NCBI GenBank assembly: GCA_031378375.1
Contig: JANNEF010000342.1
Location: forward strand, 4,156 to 68,155
DNA from: Verrucomicrobiota bacterium
GTDB taxonomy: Bacteria > Verrucomicrobiota > Verrucomicrobiia > Limisphaerales > JANNEF01
Direction: 5' to 3'
DNA: 64,000 bases
In this document: in pieces, positions 19,208 to 27,478 of the stretch
How the letters are laid out: each line of letters opens with the position of its first letter
Numbering within the stretch: the first letter of the stretch is position 1
The notes under the pieces: model-generated
Told to the model about the DNA's origin: nothing
Database searches by the model: none
Seen by the model: only the letters and a program-made list of their open reading frames with translations
Position numbers and translations under genes: made by a program

Positions 19208-20689
19208 ATGAACGACGCCCCGAGCTTTTCCGCCGCGCGCAAGTGGAGCCTCACGCTCAACGTGCTGGTCGCCCTGGCGGCGGTGCTGGCGCTGCTGCTG
19301 ATGGTGAATTACCTGGCCGCGCGCCATTTCAAACGCCTCGAATGGTCCGCGCGGGCGCGGGCACAACTCTCGCCGTTGACCCAGCGCGTGCTTGGCGCGC
19401 TCACCAACGAGATCAAAGTCACCATCTATTTCGACCGCGACGAGGCGATTTACGAATCCGTCTGGGGCCTGCTCAAGGAATACAAGTTCGCCAATTCAAG
19501 AATCGTGGTTGAGACGGTGGACTACAACCGCGACCCCGGCGCCGCGAATCTCATCAAGGCCAGATACAAGCTTACCTCCACGCAGGACAAGAACATCGTC
19601 ATCTTCGACGCCGGCGGGCGCGTGAAAATCGTCGAACAGAAGCAACTCTCCGAGCTGGATTACTCCGCGCTCACCAGCGGACAGGGCCGCGAGGTGCGGC
19701 GCACGCATTTCCGGGGCGAGATGGAGTTCACCTCCGCGATCCTGAACGTGACCACGGCCCGCGCGCTCAAGGCGTATTTTCTCCAGGGTCACGGCGAGCA
19801 CCGGCCGGACAGCGACGAGACGCTGATGGGCTATTCCAAATTCGCCGGTGTGCTGCGCGAGAACAATGTTCTGTTCGACCCGCTCAATCTCGCCGGCTCC
19901 GGCGACGTGCCGGCGGACTGCCAGTTGTTGATCATCGCCGGCCCCGTGAATCCGCTGCTGCCCGAGGAGTTGGAAAAAATCGGCCGCTACCTCAAACAAG
20001 GCGGACGCCTGCTCGCGCTGCTCAATTTCTACAGCGTCAACAAAACCACCGGCCTCGAACAAATCCTCGCCCAGTGGGGCGTGACCGTCGGCAACAACGT
20101 CGTGTTCGACCGCGAAAATTCCGTCACCGGCCAGGACATGGTGGTGTCGCAGTTCGGCGGCCATGCGATCAGCCGCCCATTTCTCCAGTCACGGCTTTAC
20201 CTCGTGCTGCCGCGTTCGGTCGCCAAGACGCAGACCAGCGGGGCTGGCGCGGACGCCCCCCAGGTCGATCCGCTGGCCACCACCAGCGAGAACGGACGTG
20301 TCCTCACCGACGTGCGCGGCGGCGTGGCGACGCCCGCGCCGGGCGACTACATCGGCACCGTGCCGCTGATGGCGGCGGTGGAGAAGGGCGGCATTCGCGG
20401 CGTGAGCGCGGATCGCGGCGCCACGCGGCTGGTGGTGGTGGGCGAATCCATTTTCCTCGGCAACGAAACAATTGACAAGGTGGCCAACCGCGACTTCGCC
20501 AGCCACGCCGTCAACTGGCTGCTGGCGCGCAACGAAATGCTCGTCGGCCTCGGGCCGCGTCCGATCAAGGAATACAAATTGACGATGACCACGGGCGACC
20601 TGGCGTCGGTGCGGTGGATTCTCCTGTTGGGAATGCCGGGGGCGGTCTTGCTGCTCGGCTTGATCGTGTGGGCGCGCCGGCGGAATTAA
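19208..20689 (+). CDS. GldG-like ABC-transporter auxiliary protein
   Basis: 493 aa with N- and C-terminal TM anchors ('LNVLVALAAVLALLLMV', 'ILLLGMPGAVLLLGLIVW') and a large periplasmic domain. Gene order is ATPase-permease-GldG. Confidence 0.7.
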   Translation: MNDAPSFSAARKWSLTLNVLVALAAVLALLLMVNYLAARHFKRLEWSARARAQLSPLTQRVLGALTNEIKVTIYFDRDEAIYESVWGLLKEYKFANSRIVVETVDYNRDPGAANLIKARYKLTSTQDKNIVIFDAGGRVKIVEQKQLSELDYSALTSGQGREVRRTHFRGEMEFTSAILNVTTARALKAYFLQGHGEHRPDSDETLMGYSKFAGVLRENNVLFDPLNLAGSGDVPADCQLLIIAGPVNPLLPEELEKIGRYLKQGGRLLALLNFYSVNKTTGLEQILAQWGVTVGNNVVFDRENSVTGQDMVVSQFGGHAISRPFLQSRLYLVLPRSVAKTQTSGAGADAPQVDPLATTSENGRVLTDVRGGVATPAPGDYIGTVPLMAAVEKGGIRGVSADRGATRLVVVGESIFLGNETIDKVANRDFASHAVNWLLARNEMLVGLGPRPIKEYKLTMTTGDLASVRWILLLGMPGAVLLLGLIVWARRRN

Positions 20690-20738
20690 CCCGATGAACG
20701 AAGAGTCGGCGGCGGGCTGATCCTAAAAATCGAACCAG

Positions 20739-22559
20739 ATGAAATGGAAAACCACATGGCTGTTGCTGGCCCTGGTCGTCGTGCTCTTCGCCTTCATCTG
20801 GCTGGTGGAACGGCGCACACAGCCCACCTTGCCGGGCGCGCGCGCGCCGGTCCGTCTGCTCGCCATTCCGGCCACCGATGTCACCGGGATGCAGCTTCGG
20901 CGCACCAACCAGCTTGTCCTCTGGGCCGAACGCACCAACGCGACGTGGAATCTCACTTTCCCGTTCGTCTATCCCGCCCAGGTCCATGCCATCGATGGTC
21001 TGTTGCACTGGCTGGAGAATCTGGAAAGCGTGACTCGCATTCCGCTCGTCGAATTGCCCGCGAACCGGCGCGGCCTGGCCGAGTTCGGCCTCGACGCGCC
21101 GCAAGCGACGCTGACGTTGCAACACGGCGGGCGACGCACCGAGTTGCTCTTCGGCAACAAGACCCCGGTCGGCGACCAGGTGTATGTGCAGTTGCTCACC
21201 GCGCCCGAGATCCACGTCATCAGCGCCGAACTGTTTGACCGCCTGCCGCGCGGGGCCAACGACTGGCGCGACAACGCCCTGTTGAACTTGAACAGCGTGG
21301 CGTGGAATCGTCTGGAAGTCCGCGCGGCCAACCGTGGCTTTGCGATTCAGTTGGAGCAAACCAACCGCGCTTTCGTCCTCACCAAGCCGACTCCCGGACG
21401 CGCCGACGTGCCGAAGCTGGAGGCGTTGCTCCGCAAGCTCGTCGCGGCCACCGTCATCAAGTTCGAGAACGACCACCTGCGGGGCGACTTGGAACCGTAT
21501 GGCTTGCAGACGCCGGAAGCCGAGCTGGCCTTCGGCCTGGGCACCAACGATGTGCTGGTGGTCCATTTTGGCAAGAGTCCCACCAACGATCCGTCCGTCG
21601 TGTTTGCCCGCCGACTGGCGCACAACAACATTGTCCAGGTTCCGAAAACCTTGCTCGACGCGCTGCAAACTCCGCACACCGAATTGCGCGATCGCCATCT
21701 GATGACCTTTGCACCGACCAACGTGACGGCCATTGAGGTGCTCGGTCCGGATAAATTCGCCGTGCGCCTGCAGACCAATGGCTCCTGGCTGGTAACAGAG
21801 CCGCAACCGATGCTGGCAGACACGGAGTTGGTCCGTGAGTGGCTGGACCTGCTGGCCCGGCTTGAGGGCGGTGTGGAGAAAGACGTGGTGACGGATTTCG
21901 CCGCGCCCTACGGGCTGGTGCCGCCCGCGCGGCAAATCTTACTCAAGACCGCTGGCACGAACGCGACCGGCGGCTTGACCAATCTGGTCATCGCTCAACT
22001 CGATCTCGGCGCCCGCCTGGGCGAAAAGATCTTCGCGCGTCGGCTCGACGAAGACTCGGTTTACTCGCTGTCACCGGCCGATTACGAGCGACTGCCCGAG
22101 GCCGCGTGGCAGTTGCGCGACCGGCGCGTGTTCAACTTCACCACCAACCAGGTCAGCCGCGTATCCATCCGCCAGCGCGGTTACACGCGGCAACTGGCCC
22201 GCAGTGGCGCGGGCGAATGGAGCCTGGCCCCGGGATCGCAAGGCGTCATCAACACGTTTGCCGTCGAGGAAATGGTCCATCGCCTCGGCGAATTGCGCGC
22301 CGCCGTCTGGGTCGCGCGCGGCCCCGAAAACCGCGCCCTCTACGGTTTCACCGAGAGTGGCCACAAACTGACGATTGAACTCAAGAACGGCGATCAACCC
22401 ACGGTGTTGACGCTGGAATTCGGCGGACGCGCCCCTTCGCAGTATCCTTACGCGCTGGCGACGGTGGACGGGCAGATGTGGATTTTTGAATTCCCGCTCA
22501 CGTTGCACTTCCAACTGCTGCGCGACCTGGCCAATCCGGCGTTGTCCGGCGGCGTGTGA
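20739..22559 (+). CDS. DUF4340-domain protein
   Basis: N-terminal TM 'WLLLALVVVLFAFIWLV' followed by repeated beta-rich modules. This is the usual position downstream of GldG-like genes. Confidence 0.6.
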   Translation: MKWKTTWLLLALVVVLFAFIWLVERRTQPTLPGARAPVRLLAIPATDVTGMQLRRTNQLVLWAERTNATWNLTFPFVYPAQVHAIDGLLHWLENLESVTRIPLVELPANRRGLAEFGLDAPQATLTLQHGGRRTELLFGNKTPVGDQVYVQLLTAPEIHVISAELFDRLPRGANDWRDNALLNLNSVAWNRLEVRAANRGFAIQLEQTNRAFVLTKPTPGRADVPKLEALLRKLVAATVIKFENDHLRGDLEPYGLQTPEAELAFGLGTNDVLVVHFGKSPTNDPSVVFARRLAHNNIVQVPKTLLDALQTPHTELRDRHLMTFAPTNVTAIEVLGPDKFAVRLQTNGSWLVTEPQPMLADTELVREWLDLLARLEGGVEKDVVTDFAAPYGLVPPARQILLKTAGTNATGGLTNLVIAQLDLGARLGEKIFARRLDEDSVYSLSPADYERLPEAAWQLRDRRVFNFTTNQVSRVSIRQRGYTRQLARSGAGEWSLAPGSQGVINTFAVEEMVHRLGELRAAVWVARGPENRALYGFTESGHKLTIELKNGDQPTVLTLEFGGRAPSQYPYALATVDGQMWIFEFPLTLHFQLLRDLANPALSGGV

Positions 22560-22769
22560 GATTTTCCAACCACCCACACCCCGGCTCCCGCTATCGGAGA
22601 TGCGGCTCAAGATTATCCCTTGCGACAGGTGGTGCTCATGCTTACTTTGATCTCGATTCAAATTCCTGTTTGGCGTGAACCGATGAAGCTTTTTCCAAGA
22701 ACAGATCAATCAGCGGGTGGAAAAGCCACTTCCGGTTCGACCAACACGGATGCAACTGCAACACAAACT

Positions 22770-24317
22770 ATGAAAACCAACCACGCACGCCAACCTCTCA
22801 CCCACGAACTTCCGCCGGTCGCTTCGACGCCCGGGCGCGTTCGCCTCGCGCTGCTGACGCTCCTCGGGTTCGTCGCCATTGCTGGCGTCACGTCCGCGCT
22901 GGCTTATTCGTCCTCGTCGGACACCACGCCGCCGCCCGGTGGCGAGTATCGTACGCCCGACCTGGCCACATACCATGCTGCTTATCCCAATGGCACCATC
23001 GTGAACAACCCGATCCATTACGCGTTCAGCGGCGGTGGCCCGCCGCCTCCATCAGGGAGCAACGTCGTGCATACGTTCAGTTCCGTCGTGGATTTCACCG
23101 TGTTTCCAAACGGCCTGCCCAACGGCAACCGGCAGCGCGCTCCCGCGCAAGTTGTCGTGAGGATGCAGCACGTCGCTGACAATAACGGCATCCGCGTGTT
23201 CCAGACCGAGATGCTTCAGTTGGACATCGCGGGCGGCACACTGCCTGCCAACGTAAGGATGCGCGAAAGCCCCACGCTGGCGTCCACTGGTATGACGACC
23301 ATCCAGCCGACGGCAACCGGTTTTGAAGTGCAAAGTTTCTTCGACATTTTCACCGAGATGAGCACCGACGGCGGCGCGACCTGGATGGCGTCCATCACCC
23401 CGCCGGTGCGGATGGAACTGACCGGTCCGGCGGAAGTATTTTTCCTGTCCGATGTCTGCCCTCCCGCTCGCGCCAGCTTTGGGACGCCGCCGAACGATCC
23501 GCCGGTGTCGTTCGCCAACGGCGCGATCCTGCTGCGCAATATCCGTCACAGTCTTTTGAACAATTCCATCGCTCCACCGGGACCGGGCGGGAACGCGACG
23601 TACACGGCGGCGGACACGCTGATTGAACTGGAGTTTTCGAGCAACGGCGGCACCAGCTACACCCCGGGCAGCGGCCCGGCCACCGTGAGCGCCAGCATTC
23701 GACATGGCTTCAACAGTTCCGACACGCGCTTCTTCGACACCGAAATGCTCGCGCTGACCGTGTCTGGGGGAACTTTCGCCGCCGGTTCCATTTTGCGGGA
23801 AAGCCCCACGCTGGCATCCGTGGGCCGCCACAGCATCCGCGCGGTGCAAAACGGCTACCGGCACATGAGCTACTTCGATGTCTTCCTCGAACTGAGCATT
23901 GACAACGGTGCGACGTGGTTCCCCGCCGACCGCGCCGTGCGCGTGGAACAAACCGGCCCCTTCATCGGCACCATTCCGACGCTTTCCGAGTGGGGCTTGA
24001 TTGTCATGGCGCTGCTGCTGTTGACGGTGGGCACGGTTTTCCTGTTGCGGCAACAACCGCGCCTGGCCACCACGTCTGGCCAGAGCCGCGCGCTTTTCGG
24101 CTGGCAAAATACTGCTTCGTTATTTGTGCCCGGCGTGTTCGTGCAAGTTCTCTCCGCCGTGCTGGCATTGGCCGCGTTGGGCTTGGCGGGCACCATCGGT
24201 TGGCGGGGTTTTGTCAGCACCACGGATATTGTTGGCACGCTGATCAGCGCGGTGATTGCCGCGTATTGGTTACACCTCCTCGTCGCACAACGGCATGCCC
24301 CGCCGCCCCGCCGCTGA
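22770..24317 (+). CDS. Secreted protein with internally duplicated domain, an IPTL-CTERM-like sorting signal and an extra C-terminal membrane segment
   Basis: Signal peptide after ATG 22770 ('RLALLTLLGFVAIAGVTSALA'). Two paralogous ~100-aa modules ('FQTEMLQLDIAGGTLPANVRMRESPTLAS..FFDIFTEMSTDGGATW' and 'FFDTEMLALTVSGGTFAAGSILRESPTLAS..YFDVFLELSIDNGATW'). 'IPTLSEWGLIVMALLLLTVGTVFLLRQQ' is followed by ~85 more residues. Confidence 0.65.
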   Translation: MKTNHARQPLTHELPPVASTPGRVRLALLTLLGFVAIAGVTSALAYSSSSDTTPPPGGEYRTPDLATYHAAYPNGTIVNNPIHYAFSGGGPPPPSGSNVVHTFSSVVDFTVFPNGLPNGNRQRAPAQVVVRMQHVADNNGIRVFQTEMLQLDIAGGTLPANVRMRESPTLASTGMTTIQPTATGFEVQSFFDIFTEMSTDGGATWMASITPPVRMELTGPAEVFFLSDVCPPARASFGTPPNDPPVSFANGAILLRNIRHSLLNNSIAPPGPGGNATYTAADTLIELEFSSNGGTSYTPGSGPATVSASIRHGFNSSDTRFFDTEMLALTVSGGTFAAGSILRESPTLASVGRHSIRAVQNGYRHMSYFDVFLELSIDNGATWFPADRAVRVEQTGPFIGTIPTLSEWGLIVMALLLLTVGTVFLLRQQPRLATTSGQSRALFGWQNTASLFVPGVFVQVLSAVLALAALGLAGTIGWRGFVSTTDIVGTLISAVIAAYWLHLLVAQRHAPPPRR

Positions 24318-24318
24318 A

Positions 24319-26934
24319 TCATTCTCCGAGCAACCGCTGTAGCAGCTCGCGCGCGACGGGGCGCGCGGGTTGCGCTTCAATCAAACGCCGCAACAAAGCT
24401 CGCGCGGCGTCAGGTTGCGCGGTCGCCTGGATCGTGGCCCGGGTCAGGCATTGCGCATAGCCGGCCGTGAAGTCCCCGCTCAATCTCGCGCTCTCCACAT
24501 AGGCGTCCACCGCCTCGTCGCCCCGTCCCTCCGCCTCGGCGATCAATCCCTTGAGATAAACGTCGCGGGCTGCGGCGTAGCGCTCCAATCGCGCCACCAA
24601 CTCCACCGCGCCCGGAGCGTCACCGAGTGCCAACGCGCCGCGAAAATCCACGGGGCCGAGCGCCAGCATCGTCAACAGTCGCCCGTATGCAGACTCTCCC
24701 TTCCGGTAAATAAACCGGGGTGCGCCGAAAATTACCTGAGACGCATCATCCGTGTTCGTGGGCGCGCCGGCCGCGAACTCTTCGAGCGCCGCCGCTCCGG
24801 CCAGCAACGATCCGAAGAGACGCACCGAGTCCGCCAAAGCGAGTTTCTTCAACTCCGCCGCGAGTGTTGCATTGGTCAGGCGACTTTCCACCCAGCCGCT
24901 GGCGTACTGCCCAGGCTTCAGCGTGCCGACGATCCCGATCACCGGCGCGTCCACATTCAAATGGAGCAACCACGCCTGCGCCTCCGGGAACACGTCCAGA
25001 AACGTGCGCGCAATCACGCGCAACATTTCATGGTCGAGCTGATGCAGCGGCAGCCATTGGCAGAACAAACCGCCCGGCGCGAGCCGCGCCCGGATGGCGC
25101 GGAAATGTTCCACGGTGTATAGCGTGCCCGCACCATCCATCGCCGGGTGAAACAAGTCCGCCACGATGACGTCGTAGCGCGCCGCCGTGGCGCGCACAAA
25201 GCGACGCGCGTCGGCCACGAACACTTTCACGCGCGGATCACGCGTCGGCGAAAAGTTGTGCGGTTCGAAGTTCGGCATCACCGCGATTACTTCCGGCAGG
25301 AGTTCGACGGCATCGGTTTGCAAGTCTGGATGTCGGCTGGCCGCCCCCAGAGTGATGCCGGTGCCCAGGCCGAGAAACAACGCCCGTCCCGGCGCGGGAT
25401 GCAGCAACAAAGGGAGGTGCGCATGCCGGTACTCCGCCGGCGCCGAGGCCGTGCCGCCCATCTGAAAGCGGTTGTTCACGCGCAGCATGCGCTGCCCCGG
25501 GGCGTCTTCAACCACTGTCACCGACGCCATTGTTCCTTCACGATAGGCGATGATCAGTTCACGCGGCGGCAGTTGCGCCAGACGAAAATCGTCCGGCAAC
25601 AAGAAGGCCAGCACCAGCGCCGCGAAGGGAATCGCCCAACGCCAGCCCGATAGTTTTCGCACCCAGCCCAGGTAGCCCAGCGAAATCAACGTCAGCGTCC
25701 ATTTGGAGCCAAGCCAGGGCAGCAACCACACGCCAAATAAAGCGCCCGCGCCCGCACCGCCCAGAGTATTCCACGCCACCGCCCGCCCCACGCCGCCCGG
25801 ACGCGCACCTGCGGCTTGCACCAGATGACTGAATGCCGCGCCCATGAATACCGTCGGCAGGCCGAACACCGACATGGCCACAGCCATCTCGGCCGCGAGC
25901 ACGGCCGGTTGGGCGTCGCCCCACGCGGCCCGCAGGCAGTCATACAGAATCTGCGCCTGCGCCAGCGCGAACAATCCGAGCAGACACGTCAGCGCCGTAC
26001 CCCCGAGCAGCACTGCGAGCAAGCCATCGAAGTTTGCTTGCCGGGCGAATCGTTGATACAGCGCCGCGCCGAGCGCGGTGCCCAGCAGGTAAACGGACAA
26101 CACCGCCGCGAAGGTATAAATCGTGTTCTCAAGCACCTTTGCCAAGGCCCTTGTGCCGACGATTTCGTAACCAATGCCGAGCAGGCCGCAGCAAAAGAGC
26201 GTCGCCGCGAGACGTAAGTATGAGCCGGGATAACGGACCACCACTTGCGATCTTTCCGTGAGTGAGCAAGCCCCCGCCTCCTGTCCGGCAACCACGCCCG
26301 GAGTGCGTCGCCCGCTCGCGTGCTTCCCCCAAAACGCCGCCGTGCCGCACATCAGGTTGATCCCCGCCAGCAGCCAGGTGCTGTGACGAAAGCCCAGGGC
26401 CGGCGCTAACACGAAGACAGTGCCGAGCACGCCCGCCACCGCTCCAAAAGTATTTGCCGCGTAAACCGCACCCACGCAACGGCACGGCGTCGCCGTCGTC
26501 GCCAGCCAACGTTCCATCGCGGGGAAGGTCGCCCCCATCGCCGCCGTGGCGGGCAGCAACGTGACGAAGGGCAGCGCGAACGCAACGAACCAATGCCGCC
26601 ACGCTGATGGTTCCAGGCCGATGAATTGGATCGCGCGCTCATTGACGAAGGGAATTACTATGGCTGTAATGATTCCCCAACCGCCGATGATCCATTCCAA
26701 ACCTGCGTAACAAAGCCCCGGGTTCGCGCCCCGGGTCAGGATGCCGTCGAGCGATGTCGCGCCCAGTGCCATCCCGCCCATGAACGCGGCAACGACGGCG
26801 AGCATGGAGGGCATTTCGTGACCCAACCCGGCGGCGAACAACTTCGTCCAGACCATCTGATAACCCAGCGCCGCTGCGCCCGAGAGAAAGCAGATCGGGT
26901 AAAGCAGCGCGGTAGCGGGGCGAGGATGAGTCAT
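24319..26934 (-). CDS. Fused multi-pass membrane (MFS-like) / spermidine-synthase-like / TPR protein
   Basis: The N-terminal ~450 aa is polytopic. The aminopropyltransferase-like core has 'ALFLGLGTGIT', 'YDVIVADLFHP', 'LAPGGLFCQW'. The C-terminus is TPR-like. ATG at 26934 (track TTG 26946). Confidence 0.7.
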   Translation of the reverse strand: MTHPRPATALLYPICFLSGAAALGYQMVWTKLFAAGLGHEMPSMLAVVAAFMGGMALGATSLDGILTRGANPGLCYAGLEWIIGGWGIITAIVIPFVNERAIQFIGLEPSAWRHWFVAFALPFVTLLPATAAMGATFPAMERWLATTATPCRCVGAVYAANTFGAVAGVLGTVFVLAPALGFRHSTWLLAGINLMCGTAAFWGKHASGRRTPGVVAGQEAGACSLTERSQVVVRYPGSYLRLAATLFCCGLLGIGYEIVGTRALAKVLENTIYTFAAVLSVYLLGTALGAALYQRFARQANFDGLLAVLLGGTALTCLLGLFALAQAQILYDCLRAAWGDAQPAVLAAEMAVAMSVFGLPTVFMGAAFSHLVQAAGARPGGVGRAVAWNTLGGAGAGALFGVWLLPWLGSKWTLTLISLGYLGWVRKLSGWRWAIPFAALVLAFLLPDDFRLAQLPPRELIIAYREGTMASVTVVEDAPGQRMLRVNNRFQMGGTASAPAEYRHAHLPLLLHPAPGRALFLGLGTGITLGAASRHPDLQTDAVELLPEVIAVMPNFEPHNFSPTRDPRVKVFVADARRFVRATAARYDVIVADLFHPAMDGAGTLYTVEHFRAIRARLAPGGLFCQWLPLHQLDHEMLRVIARTFLDVFPEAQAWLLHLNVDAPVIGIVGTLKPGQYASGWVESRLTNATLAAELKKLALADSVRLFGSLLAGAAALEEFAAGAPTNTDDASQVIFGAPRFIYRKGESAYGRLLTMLALGPVDFRGALALGDAPGAVELVARLERYAAARDVYLKGLIAEAEGRGDEAVDAYVESARLSGDFTAGYAQCLTRATIQATAQPDAARALLRRLIEAQPARPVARELLQRLLGE

Positions 26935-27247
26935 CGCCCAAATCAAAGCGTCCGCGTGGGCGGCCTGGCAAATGAATTGTGCCTGGTGAGCGGAGTGGCT
27001 CCAGCCCGAACCAACGTGAGGAGATTCTAATCCTCAACGAAAGCAAACATAGCTCCTGGCATTGACTGCTCGAAGGTAAACGGGAGGGCTGCCGTGCAAC
27101 GGTTCCGCCCACGTTCGGCAGGCGGGACAGTCGGCACATGCTCCCGGACGGCGTGTCCCCAATACTGGTGACTGGCAGCAGCCGCGGCGGAGCGTATTGT
27201 GAGGACGTGTTAGCCGCACTCCGTTCTCGAGTGTGGCTTGTGTTAAG

Positions 27248-27280
27248 AGGCCGGACCTGTTGTCCGGCCTTTTTGTTTTT
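27248..27280 (+). terminator. Rho-independent terminator on the + strand with no upstream + strand CDS
   Basis: 9-bp stem AGGCCGGAC / GTCCGGCCT, loop CTGTT, then TTTTTGTTTTT. The complementary strand lacks a U-tract. Confidence 0.6.
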
Positions 27281-27478
27281 AATGGGTTGCTGGCTGATTG
27301 GAGCCGTTCGCCAGAGGCGGGAGAACGGTGCCACGATGCGGATCAAGGCGAGCGAGGAAGCCTCAGCCTGGTCTTTGAAGCGGGGGCCCGCGTCCGGGAG
27401 CCCTCCCGGGATGGCTCTCCGTGCTACCCGTCGTGCTGGTTTGCCGGTCCGGCACTGAATGCGTCTGAGCGGTTTCCG

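Noticed and set aside
27000-27280. Assignment of the putative sRNA to a named family (SRP RNA, 6S, RNase P, tmRNA, cobalamin riboswitch)
   Set aside because: I compared it by eye with remembered consensus elements (GGAAGCAGCC with a GNRA loop, GAGGAAAGTCCGG, the B12 box GCCACTG, tRNA-like ends). Only fragmentary resemblances appeared, for example GGCAGCAGCC. That is not enough to name it.
27138-27458. 106-aa ORF inside the long intergenic interval
   Set aside because: It runs through the intrinsic terminator, has Arg/Gly/Ala-rich composition, and has no motif or plausible start context.
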